Source: Candidatus Poribacteria bacterium (lineage in GTDB: Bacteria; Poribacteria; WGA-4E; WGA-3G). Taken from it: a stretch of DNA of 64,000 nt. The notes under the pieces were generated by a model. The model was given only the letters and a program-made list of their open reading frames with translations, was not told the DNA's origin and did no database searches. Each line of letters begins with the position of its first letter. Position 1 is the stretch's first letter. A program made the translations under genes and the position numbers. This document shows positions 1 to 9,012 of this stretch, piece after piece. Location of the stretch: positions 736,001 through 800,000 of the forward strand of contig CAXXUA010000004.1 in assembly GCA_963663765.2 (NCBI GenBank), written 5' to 3'.

Positions 1-504
1 ACCAGACGCAACGCATTGTCACAGATGTTCTCTCAACAAGCTTGGCAACTGCTGAATGCAAATTTTGAAACAGCAATTACGACAGATAATTATCAAGCAC
101 GAGGAAAGATGTTATTTGGTGCTTATCTTGCGGGTGTAGCAATAGAAAACTCAATGCTTGGTGCGGCTCATGCATGCGCTAATCCATTGACTGCAAGATA
201 TGGAATTACACACGGTATCGCTGTGGCTTTGATGTTACCGCATGTCATTCGGTTCAATAGAAATATCGTAGGTGAGTCTTACAACGAACTATACTCCGAT
301 GGGGATATAGCTGATAGAATTGAAAAATTAATGAAAGTTGGAGATATACCGAACACATTACAACGGTGGTCTGTCCAATATCAAGGAAAAACAACAGATA
401 TTCCCAAGTTAGCAGATGAGGCATCAGTCCAATGGACTGCACAGTTTAATCCACGGTCTTTAGCCATACATGATTTGATTAGATTATATGAACAGATATT
501 TTAA
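1..504 (+). CDS. Iron-containing alcohol dehydrogenase family protein (C-terminal part, starts before the window)
   Basis: Fe-ADH signatures LGAAHACANPL and HGIAVALMLPHV, plus C-terminal NPR. Confidence 0.85.
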   Translation, partial: TRRNALSQMFSQQAWQLLNANFETAITTDNYQARGKMLFGAYLAGVAIENSMLGAAHACANPLTARYGITHGIAVALMLPHVIRFNRNIVGESYNELYSDGDIADRIEKLMKVGDIPNTLQRWSVQYQGKTTDIPKLADEASVQWTAQFNPRSLAIHDLIRLYEQIF

Positions 505-1681
505 AAAACCAGATTTTACTTCAGAACGGTCTTTACACACTTTTACATCTACAGCACAATTAGTTTTATTTCTTGTTGTCATACTTTTTCTAAATCTCAA
601 CCTTGCTTGGGGTGACTGGGCAACATTCAGAGGAAATCCACAACTCACTGGGGTTGCAGATTCGAAACTCCCAGAAAAACTTGATTTGCTTTGGGCTTTT
701 AAAGCAGGAGATATTATTGAATCTACAGCAGCCGTTGTTGATGATGTCGTTTATGTCGGTGCTTTAGATGGGTATCTGTATGCAATTGATGCAGATAGTG
801 GTAAAGAAACTTGGAAATACCAAGCTGATGGTCCAATAAAATCTTCCCCATCTATCAATAACGGTGTCATCTATTTTGGTGACGATGATGGTACTTTTCA
901 CGCAGTAGATTTTTCTACACGTCAAATGATGTGGCAATATAAGACTGAAGGCGAAATAATATCATCTGCAAACTTTTCTGATGATCTTGTGCTGTTCGGT
1001 TCTTACGATGGATTCCTTTACTGCTTGAATAAAGACAAGGGTAATTTCTTATGGAAATTTGAGACTGAAGGTTTCATTCATGGTACTCCAGCAATTTACG
1101 GAGATTTTACCATTGTCACAGGATGTGATAGTTACCTTCGAGTCATCAATATAAAGGATGGTAAGCAAACACAACAGGTTAATCTTGGTGCGTATGTAGG
1201 AGCAAGTCCTGCTATCCTTAATGCTGAAACTGATACAGAAAATAAGTCTTTACTTCATGCATATTGCGGCACTTATGGTAACGAAGTGTTAGGGGTTGAC
1301 TTGAATTTAGGAGAAATCGCATGGGAATATGAGAACCCAGATCGACAACTACCGTTCTTTGCATCTGCAGCCGTAACGAAGAATCTTGTGATTATTGGTG
1401 GACGCGATAAAATGATGCATGCACTCTCACCTGAAACAGGTGAACCAATTTGGACTTATTCAACAAAATCACGAATAGAATCATCCCCGGTGGTAGTTGG
1501 TAAACGCGTATTTTTTGGAACATCACGTGGGATATTTCTTGCTCTTGACATTGAAACTGGAGAAGAAGTTTGGAGTTTTGAGACTGGATCGTCAATCGTT
1601 GCTTCACCGAGTGTGGCTGATGGAAAAATATATATCGGAACAGAGGATGGCATCCTCTACTGCTTTGGAGAAAAGAAATAA
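488..1681 (+). CDS. PQQ-like beta-propeller repeat protein, secreted (BamB-like)
   Basis: Hydrophobic leader, WATFRGN motif, repeated SSPxVxxxxVYxG...LYAxDxxxGxxxW blades. Confidence 0.85.
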   Translation: MNRYFKKPDFTSERSLHTFTSTAQLVLFLVVILFLNLNLAWGDWATFRGNPQLTGVADSKLPEKLDLLWAFKAGDIIESTAAVVDDVVYVGALDGYLYAIDADSGKETWKYQADGPIKSSPSINNGVIYFGDDDGTFHAVDFSTRQMMWQYKTEGEIISSANFSDDLVLFGSYDGFLYCLNKDKGNFLWKFETEGFIHGTPAIYGDFTIVTGCDSYLRVINIKDGKQTQQVNLGAYVGASPAILNAETDTENKSLLHAYCGTYGNEVLGVDLNLGEIAWEYENPDRQLPFFASAAVTKNLVIIGGRDKMMHALSPETGEPIWTYSTKSRIESSPVVVGKRVFFGTSRGIFLALDIETGEEVWSFETGSSIVASPSVADGKIYIGTEDGILYCFGEKK

Positions 1682-3021
1682 TGTCCGAAACAAGACCTGA
1701 ACCTGCAACAGCAGGGATAGAATCAAAACAGACCACAGTTGGTAGCGTTTTTGTCTCAAACTATCCACCATATTCTATATGGAATGATTCGGCTGTTCCT
1801 GACGTGCATCAAGCACTGGGTGAAAAGCCACGTCCTGACGCTACACTTGGCCTCTATCTTCATATCCCATTTTGCAGAAAGCGATGCAAATTTTGTTATT
1901 TTAGAGTATATACCGATAAAAACAGTTCGGAAATTGACACCTACCTAAATGCACTGGCAAAAGAGGTAGAACTATACAGCAAACAACCAGCAATTGCCAA
2001 TAGACCTTTGCGATTTGTCTATTTTGGTGGGGGTACGCCTTCCTACATCAGCGTCAAACACTTAACTGCATTAGTAGAGCGGGTAAAAAATGTGATGCCT
2101 TGGGATGCTGCGGAAGAGGTCGCTTTTGAATGTGAACCAGGCACTCTGACTCAGAAAAAACTGGAAGCAATAAAAGAAATCGGTGTAACGCGCTTGAGTC
2201 TCGGAGTTGAAAATTTGAATGACGAAATTCTTGCAGAAAACGGCAGAGCGCATCTTTCAAAAGAGGTATATCGCATCCATCCTTGGATACAAGAATTAGC
2301 ATTTGATCAAGTGAACATTGACCTTATCTCAGGTATGATAGGGGAAACATGGGTAAGTTGGCGCGATACAGTCAAAAAGACCATTGACCTTGATCCCGAT
2401 AGCATCACCGTCTATCAGCTTGAATTGCCGTTTAACACAGTCTATTCCAAAGATATCCTTGGAGGAGATGCGTTGCCTGTTGCAGATTGGAAACTAAAGC
2501 GGGAATGGCATCAATATGCATTTGAGCAATTTGAACAAGCAGGTTATGTAGTATCCAGCGCTTACACTGTCTTAAAAAAAGATAAACAGAGTCAGTTTGT
2601 CTATCGTGACGCAGTTTGGCAAGGTAGCGACATGATAGGAACAGGGGTCGCGTCATTTTCACATCTCAGCGGGTTACATTTTCAAAACGCACCTTCATGG
2701 GGTGATTATCTTGGTAATCTTGAAGAAGATAAATTACCTGTCTACCGCGCACTGAAACCAACTGAAACTGAAAAATTGACACGAGAAATGATTTTGCAGC
2801 TCAAACTCGGTAAAATCAGACCTTCCTATTTCAAGGAAAAATTCGGTGCAGACATCCTTAAGCAATATGCGGATGCTTATGATAAACTACAAAATGACCG
2901 AATGTTGCATGTGAATGCGGTATCTGATGAGATCGTATTAACCCAACGTGGTTTGCTTCGAGTTGATAGTCTACTTCCAACGTTTTATGCACCAGAACAT
3001 CAGAATACACGATATACCTAA
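1681..3021 (+). CDS. HemN-like (coproporphyrinogen III oxidase family) radical SAM protein
   Basis: YLHIPFCRKRCKFC (CxxxCxxC), YFGGGTPS, RLSLGV; start codon overlaps the upstream stop. Confidence 0.85.
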   Translation: MSETRPEPATAGIESKQTTVGSVFVSNYPPYSIWNDSAVPDVHQALGEKPRPDATLGLYLHIPFCRKRCKFCYFRVYTDKNSSEIDTYLNALAKEVELYSKQPAIANRPLRFVYFGGGTPSYISVKHLTALVERVKNVMPWDAAEEVAFECEPGTLTQKKLEAIKEIGVTRLSLGVENLNDEILAENGRAHLSKEVYRIHPWIQELAFDQVNIDLISGMIGETWVSWRDTVKKTIDLDPDSITVYQLELPFNTVYSKDILGGDALPVADWKLKREWHQYAFEQFEQAGYVVSSAYTVLKKDKQSQFVYRDAVWQGSDMIGTGVASFSHLSGLHFQNAPSWGDYLGNLEEDKLPVYRALKPTETEKLTREMILQLKLGKIRPSYFKEKFGADILKQYADAYDKLQNDRMLHVNAVSDEIVLTQRGLLRVDSLLPTFYAPEHQNTRYT

Positions 3022-3069
3022 GCAACCTGATTTAGTACAATTATTTAATATCATAGTTGGAGTGAAAAC

Positions 3070-3306
3070 ATGAATACAAATCTCATTGATTGCAATCCAT
3101 CAATTATGATGGGAAAACCAGTAATAGTGGGGACCCGTATACCGGTGGATTTAATATTAGAAAAATTCGCAGCGGGTGAGACAATTGATGAATTACTTGA
3201 TTCCTATCCACGTTTAACAAGCGAAGGTGTACTCGCAGCTTTTGCTTTTGCAGCCCAAGCTATTCGCGCAGATGTCGTTTATCCAATTCCAAACGATACA
3301 TCATGA
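3070..3306 (+). CDS. DUF433 family antitoxin
   Basis: PSIMMGKPVIVGTRIPV...G ETIDELLDSYPRL motif. Confidence 0.9.
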   Translation: MNTNLIDCNPSIMMGKPVIVGTRIPVDLILEKFAAGETIDELLDSYPRLTSEGVLAAFAFAAQAIRADVVYPIPNDTS

Positions 3307-3656
3307 AATTACTAATAGACGAGAGCGTTAACAAGGTAGTTGTGGATAAACTTCGGAATAATGGATTTGACGTATTATATGTTGCGGAATTTTCACCAAG
3401 TGTGGACGACGAAACTGTACTTACTCATGCTAACAATTCTCGTTCCCTTTTGCTTACTGCAGATAAGGACTTTGGGGAACTAGTTTTCAGATAAGGACGA
3501 GTTCACAGAGGTGTTGTATTAATTCGTCTCGCGGGTTTGTCACCAGAAACAAAAGCAGATATTATTTTAGATATCTTTACAAGATTCGGTGATGAGTTGC
3601 TGCATTCATTCAGTGTTATTTCACCAGGTAGACTTAGAATTCGACAAAGCCTATAG
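3303..3656 (+). pseudogene. DUF5615 PIN-like toxin with an in-frame TAA at 3492-3494
   Basis: MKLLIDESV...LLTADKDFGELVFR*GRVHRGVVLIRL...RLRIRQSL; the frame continues to TAG at 3654-3656, giving the normal ~117 aa length. Confidence 0.8.
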
Positions 3657-3710
3657 TTCACAAATAATTATAGGTAGTATTTCCTTGAGTGACATCAGTT
3701 TTCTCATAAT

Positions 3711-4961
3711 ATGGATAATTACACACAACTTCATCGCTTGCATGAAATACTTGCACAAGTATTAGAAACTAACGCCTTTTACAAGCAGAAACTCACCGAT
3801 GTTGGAATTAGTCATCCCAACGATATTCAAACAATAGCGGACTATCAGAAACTCCCATTCACAACAAAAGACGAACTGAGCAATGATCAAGTATCTAACC
3901 CACCATACGGTACAAATCTGACATATCCTATTGAGCAATATACTTGTCTCCATCAAACATCAGGGACAACTGGATCCCCGTTGCGATGGTTAGATACGAA
4001 GGAGTCATGGGATTGGTGGGGAAAATGTTGGCGTGATATATATAGTGCTGCAGGTGTGACATCAGCAGATCGGTTTATGATAGCCTTTTCTTTTGGTCCG
4101 TTTATCGGTTTCTGGAGTGCATATCACGGTGCGCAACAACTGGGTGCATTAACTATTGCAAATGGCGGTTTGAGTTCAGAACAGAGAATTCGTGCTATCC
4201 TCAGTAACGATGTGACGGTGGTAATCTGTACACCAACTTACGCACTACGTCTTGTGGAAGTCGCTGAACAAGAAGGTGTTGACTTAAGTAAAGATTCCTG
4301 TGTCCGAGTGACTATCCATGCAGGGGAACCCGGGGCAAGTCTGTCTGCAACTAAACAACGAATTGAGGATGGTTGGGGTGCGCGTGCTTACGACCATGCA
4401 GGTGCTACCGAAGTCGGAGCATGGGGTGTGATGTGTACACCACAAGCTGGGGTGCACCTTAACGAGAATGAGTTCATCTGTGAAGTGCTGGATACAGAGA
4501 CAGATAAACCTTCAGATGAAGGTGAGTTGGTTATTACAAATTTAGGTCGGATTGGCATGCCGGTTATCCGCTACCGTACAGGTGATTATGTTAGGTTGAA
4601 ATCTGAGAAATGTGAATGTGGAAGTTCACACCGTGTGCTTGACGGTGGCGTTATCGGACGCATTGACGATGCAATTATCGTTCGCGGATTGAATGTGTAT
4701 CCTGCGACGATTGAGAATATCATCATGAAGTTTCCCGATGTGAGTGAATTCGCTGTACGTGCTTATCGAACAGAAACGCTTGATGAACTTGAGGTTCAAA
4801 TAGAATCTACAAACAAAAATCCTGCTGATACTGCAGTAACCGTCAGTAATGCTATACGAAATGCGTTAGGTTTACGGACAATTGTGAAAGTTGTCCCACG
4901 TGGAACACTGCCGAGATATGAACTCAAATCAAAACGGTTCACGGATGAACGTTATTTGTAA
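3711..4961 (+). CDS. Phenylacetate-CoA ligase (PaaK) family AMP-binding protein
   Basis: TSGTTG P-loop, AGEPG, YDHAGATE, IRYRTGD, GRIDD. Confidence 0.85.
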   Translation: MDNYTQLHRLHEILAQVLETNAFYKQKLTDVGISHPNDIQTIADYQKLPFTTKDELSNDQVSNPPYGTNLTYPIEQYTCLHQTSGTTGSPLRWLDTKESWDWWGKCWRDIYSAAGVTSADRFMIAFSFGPFIGFWSAYHGAQQLGALTIANGGLSSEQRIRAILSNDVTVVICTPTYALRLVEVAEQEGVDLSKDSCVRVTIHAGEPGASLSATKQRIEDGWGARAYDHAGATEVGAWGVMCTPQAGVHLNENEFICEVLDTETDKPSDEGELVITNLGRIGMPVIRYRTGDYVRLKSEKCECGSSHRVLDGGVIGRIDDAIIVRGLNVYPATIENIIMKFPDVSEFAVRAYRTETLDELEVQIESTNKNPADTAVTVSNAIRNALGLRTIVKVVPRGTLPRYELKSKRFTDERYL

Positions 4962-4975
4962 TGGGAAATCTCCTC

Positions 4976-5005
4976 TTGACAATCCAATTCATGAGAGGTT
5001 ATAAT
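4976..5005 (+). promoter_or_regulatory. Sigma70-type promoter
   Basis: TTGACA-18bp-TATAAT, both hexamers exact. Confidence 0.65.
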
Positions 5006-5023
5006 TATTGAACAACGTAAGAG

Positions 5024-5197
5024 TTGACGACTAATTTGGCAGACTACGAACTTGACGAAATTCACAGAACCGAAAAATTAGGTGCTTACTACCGAGCATT
5101 GGATAAAGAATTCCGAAAAGCAGAGTACAAATTTGCACATTTACCACTTGAGAAACCTGAATCCACCGAATCAGGAGACGAAAAAGCAGTAGATTAA
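5024..5197 (+). CDS. Small hypothetical protein (57 aa, TTG start), absent from the ORF track
   Basis: Open frame MTTNLADYELDEIHRTEKLGAYYRALDKEFRKAEYKFAHLPLEKPESTESGDEKAVD just after the consensus promoter. Confidence 0.45.
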   Translation: MTTNLADYELDEIHRTEKLGAYYRALDKEFRKAEYKFAHLPLEKPESTESGDEKAVD

Positions 5198-5267
5198 ATG
5201 GTGAAATTTTACCTTTGATACAAGATGTAACAATCCAAATACAGTCTGCTTTGCTAAAGACTTACCT

Positions 5268-6542
5268 ATGACTACTAACTCCAGATTTGATGCCATCATA
5301 ATCGGCGGTGGACCTGCAGGAAGCACTGCAGCCACACTCATTGCACAACAAGGTTATCGTGTGCTTCTCTTAGAACGCGACGCTGAACCCGCGTTTAAAA
5401 TCGGTGAGTCGCTCATACCTGCTACATACTGGACTTTCAAAAGACTCGGCATGCTTGAAAAGTTAAGAGAGAGTCATTTCCCACAGAAGTTCAGTGTGCA
5501 GTTTTTTACCCGCACTGGAAAAGCGACTAATCCGTTCTATTTCTTTGAGACCAATCCCCATGAAAGTGCGATAACCTGGCAGGTCTTGCGCAGTGAGTTT
5601 GACCAGATGCTGTTGGATAACGCAGCAGAAAAAGGCGTAAATGTGCGACGGGGTGTGAGTGTTCGCAAAGTGATTTTTGAAGATGATAAAGCGTTAGGTG
5701 TCGTTGCACAGAACGGCATGAGTGATAACCTTGAAACGATACATAGTACTGTTATTGTAGATTCAACGGGACAACGTTCTCTAATTGGTAGACAGTTAAA
5801 CCTAAACACAATTGAACCCAATTTGAAAAAAGCATCTCTATTTACACACTATGACGGTGGGTATCGTGACGAGGGTTTAGATGAAGGTGCTACGCTCATC
5901 CTACATACTGAGGATAAAGATTCCTGGTTTTGGTCAATTCCGCTCCCATACAACCGCACCAGTATCGGTGTTGTCGGTGAATTGGATTATCTACTCCAAA
6001 ATCGTAGAGAACATAACGGTAAACTGAACGCACAAAAAATCTTTGATGAGGAGTTGGAGAAATGCCAACCTTTGAAGCAACGGCTTGAAGGTTCAAAACA
6101 ACTATTTCCTATACAGACAACAAAGGATTTTTCATATCGCGCCAGTCGTATCGCAGGTCAGAATTGGGTGTTGATTGGTGATGCATTCGGGTTCTTAGAT
6201 CCTGTTTATTCAACGGGTTTGTTTTTGGCACTCAAATCAGGAGAAATGGCTGCTGATGTTATAGTTGATGCATTTCGGTCAAATGATTATTCTGAAGCGA
6301 AGTTAGGAAGTTGGGGACAAGTATTTGTTGATGGTATGGAAGCATTTCGGAAATTGGTTTACGCATTTTATACAAAGGAATTCAGTTTTGCACGATTTCT
6401 GACAGAGTATCCAGAGCATCTCGGTGGCATTGTGGACATATTAAGCGGTGATGTCTATAGACGTGATGTAACCCACATCTTTCCTGATATGTCAAAGATG
6501 TGCTTTTTTCCTCCTGAAGTTCCACTCCAACGTTCTACGTAG
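5268..6542 (+). CDS. Flavin-dependent halogenase-like FAD oxidoreductase
   Basis: GGGPAG FAD motif, KIGESL, WFWSIP (WxWxIP), IGDAFGFLDPVYSTG. Confidence 0.8.
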   Translation: MTTNSRFDAIIIGGGPAGSTAATLIAQQGYRVLLLERDAEPAFKIGESLIPATYWTFKRLGMLEKLRESHFPQKFSVQFFTRTGKATNPFYFFETNPHESAITWQVLRSEFDQMLLDNAAEKGVNVRRGVSVRKVIFEDDKALGVVAQNGMSDNLETIHSTVIVDSTGQRSLIGRQLNLNTIEPNLKKASLFTHYDGGYRDEGLDEGATLILHTEDKDSWFWSIPLPYNRTSIGVVGELDYLLQNRREHNGKLNAQKIFDEELEKCQPLKQRLEGSKQLFPIQTTKDFSYRASRIAGQNWVLIGDAFGFLDPVYSTGLFLALKSGEMAADVIVDAFRSNDYSEAKLGSWGQVFVDGMEAFRKLVYAFYTKEFSFARFLTEYPEHLGGIVDILSGDVYRRDVTHIFPDMSKMCFFPPEVPLQRST

Positions 6543-6639
6543 TGGAAACAACATATCAATATGTAACATTTCCTGTTTAATTAAAAAACTACATACGTAA
6601 GTATAAAATTTAGACCAATTATTCTTAAGGAGAACATAA

Positions 6640-7689
6640 ATGAAAATAATCAAAACAAATCTAATCGTCTTCTTACTCGCTATTGCTATAAGTTATAGTA
6701 TTGGATGCGATAATGCCTCAAAGAAGGATGCTGACAATGGCGATAACGGTGAAGCAACTACTGCAACAACTGAAGATAAAAATACATCAGAACGGCAATT
6801 TCTTAGCATTGGTACAGGGACACTACGGGGCGCGTTTCATCCTGTTGGCGCCGCGATTGCTGACGTCGTTAACCAAAATATGACAGAAAAAAAGTGGGAA
6901 GTCACTGCTGAAGGTACGAAAGGTACACAGCAAAACATACGTTTACTGGTAGCCGAAGATAGTACGTTAGAATTTGCGATGGCGAATGCTGCGATCTCTT
7001 ATTTTGCTGTTCGCGGTGAAGGTGCGTGGGAAACTGAACAACCCATTCGTGCTGTAATGACACTTGCACCGAATGTTGCTTTATTTGTTACGCAGAAATC
7101 CTCCGGTATTTCATCAATGCAGGATCTCAAAGGTAAAAGAGTCGTTGTAGGACCTGCAGGAGCTGGTTTTGAGTATTTCTTGAAGCCACTATTTCAGGAA
7201 CACGGTCTGACCTATGATGATTTTACTGACCTAAATGGCACATACGGTGATGCTACTGATATGTTGGCGAACGGTTCTGCAGATGCAGCGTTTATGGGAG
7301 GTGCGATTCCTATTCCTGCGGTTATACAAGCGGGTTCATCTCAAGATATTCTGTTTATTCCGTTTGATGAATCAGCGTTGAAAACCCTATTTGAGAAGTA
7401 TCCATTTTTTAATGAAGTGACAATTCCTCCAAATTCTTATGAAAAGATACAACCCGAAGCGTTTTCTTCCATGAATGTTGGCTCAATGCATCTTATCACT
7501 GCTGAGAATACTGACGAAGATATGGTTTACCACTTTACAAAAACATTGTATACGCATCGTTCTGAAGTGGTTGATGCACATCCTGCTGGTAAGGCGATCA
7601 ATGAAAAGAATGCTGTCAAAGATGTAGGAACACCATTTCACCCGGGGGCAATCCGTTTTTATAAGGAAATTGGTATTTGGAATGAATAA
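6640..7689 (+). CDS. TAXI family TRAP transporter solute-binding lipoprotein
   Basis: Lipobox SIGC, LSIGTG...G, TKGTQQN, PFHPGAIRFYKE. Confidence 0.9.
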   Translation: MKIIKTNLIVFLLAIAISYSIGCDNASKKDADNGDNGEATTATTEDKNTSERQFLSIGTGTLRGAFHPVGAAIADVVNQNMTEKKWEVTAEGTKGTQQNIRLLVAEDSTLEFAMANAAISYFAVRGEGAWETEQPIRAVMTLAPNVALFVTQKSSGISSMQDLKGKRVVVGPAGAGFEYFLKPLFQEHGLTYDDFTDLNGTYGDATDMLANGSADAAFMGGAIPIPAVIQAGSSQDILFIPFDESALKTLFEKYPFFNEVTIPPNSYEKIQPEAFSSMNVGSMHLITAENTDEDMVYHFTKTLYTHRSEVVDAHPAGKAINEKNAVKDVGTPFHPGAIRFYKEIGIWNE

Positions 7690-7705
7690 GTAATGTCAAA
7701 ATCAT

Positions 7706-7735
7706 TTGACATTACAATTAAACTCATGGTATTAT
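7706..7735 (+). promoter_or_regulatory. Promoter of the tRNA pair
   Basis: TTGACA-18bp-TATTAT just upstream of tRNA-Phe. Confidence 0.55.
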
Positions 7736-7746
7736 AAATACCTGAA

Positions 7747-7819
7747 GCCGAGATAGCTCAGTCGGTAGAGCAGTAGACTGAAAATCTATGTGTCGGCAGT
7801 TCGATTCTGCCTCTCGGCA
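7747..7819 (+). tRNA. tRNA-Phe(GAA)
   Basis: Cloverleaf GCCGAGA/TCTCGGC, anticodon loop CTGAAAA, T-loop TTCGATT; CCA not encoded. Confidence 0.95.
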
Positions 7820-7844
7820 TTTTCTTTTTGCATCAATATATCAA

Positions 7845-7916
7845 GCCGGTGTAGCTCAGTGGAAGAGCGACTGATTCGTAATCAGTAGGTCGGAGGTTCA
7901 AATCCTCTCATCGGCT
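7845..7916 (+). tRNA. tRNA-Thr(CGT)
   Basis: GCCGGTG/CATCGGC acceptor, CTGAT-TCGTAA-ATCAG anticodon arm, TTCAAAT. Confidence 0.95.
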
Positions 7917-7920
7917 TTTT

Positions 7921-9003
7921 CTATTGTTTCTTTTCATGGGCTAATTCTTGCTCAAGTGATGTAATAATTGCTAAAAATGTTGCGTGCGGATCAAGATCAT
8001 ATACCTTTCGGTACATCTCAAGTGCTTTCGGCTTATTCCTAAGATAACTTTCATATATTTCTGCCATTTCCTGCCAAGCTTGTATTTCATCTGGATCAAG
8101 TTCTACGATTTCCTCATAGACTTCTAATGCATCTGCATAAGGCCGTGTTGCTGCTTCACGTTTTAGGGCATTTGCACGTACATACAATAAACGTATGAGA
8201 TCGTCTCTTATCTCTTGTATCTCTGGTTGGATTTTATAAGCTTCTTTTAAAAGAATAATTGATTGTGCCTCAAGACGAGCGATCTCTGCCATATCTACAC
8301 TGGTGAGTTCTCGGTCAACGAAACGATACGACTGAAGCATCTTGTTGTAAGTGCGAGATAATTGAAGTCGTGCAAGTATGCCTATCGGTGCTTTCTGTGA
8401 TGTAATATTCTCATATTCAGGATCGTTTTCAATTGCAGATTTATAGTATGTTGTTGCTTCCTTATACTGTTGACTACCTTGATATAAAACTCCGAGTAAG
8501 TAGTTTGCTTCAGCATTTTCTGGATTTATTTTCAACAACTTCAAAAACTGCTGAGTTGCTTCTGCTGGTAAGCTATCATCACGGAGGAATTTGCCACTGA
8601 GCATTAGCACTTCTTCATGGTCAGGTTGAATATGTGCAGCGTGTTGCAGTCTTACTTTAGCATCCTTGAACCAATTACTCTGGGAATAGATATCTGCAAT
8701 GCGTAGGTTGATGTGCAGTCGGTCTTTCTCATTCTGTTCTGTTTTGTCAACGTCATATACTTGTAATGCTTGCCAATAGAGGTTGACCGCCTTACCGAGA
8801 TCCTGCTTTTCATAAAGCGCATCTGCTTCAGCTAAATATTTTGCAGCATCAGATATAGTTGGGGTACTTGGGTGAGTTCTGCTCTTCCCTATGTAGACTG
8901 CTGCAACCACGAAAAAACCAACAATTGAAACAATTTCTATATATGTTAGCAATCCAATGGAGGGAAAAAAAGAACTGTTTTCGTTATGTTTGGTAGATTC
9001 CAT
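7921..9003 (-). CDS. Membrane-anchored TPR protein
   Basis: N-terminal TM helix; TPR repeats such as AEANYLLGVLY...EATTYYKSAIENDP. Confidence 0.8.
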   Translation of the reverse strand: MESTKHNENSSFFPSIGLLTYIEIVSIVGFFVVAAVYIGKSRTHPSTPTISDAAKYLAEADALYEKQDLGKAVNLYWQALQVYDVDKTEQNEKDRLHINLRIADIYSQSNWFKDAKVRLQHAAHIQPDHEEVLMLSGKFLRDDSLPAEATQQFLKLLKINPENAEANYLLGVLYQGSQQYKEATTYYKSAIENDPEYENITSQKAPIGILARLQLSRTYNKMLQSYRFVDRELTSVDMAEIARLEAQSIILLKEAYKIQPEIQEIRDDLIRLLYVRANALKREAATRPYADALEVYEEIVELDPDEIQAWQEMAEIYESYLRNKPKALEMYRKVYDLDPHATFLAIITSLEQELAHEKKQ

Positions 9004-9012
9004 AATAATCCT

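Noticed and set aside
1681-3021. Assignment as hemN or hemW
   Set aside because: The family is clear, but the atypical N-terminus and gene context do not support a specific heme-pathway function
7747-7916. tRNA-anchored genomic island or prophage
   Set aside because: No integrase, no phage genes, and no duplicated tRNA 3' end seen in the window
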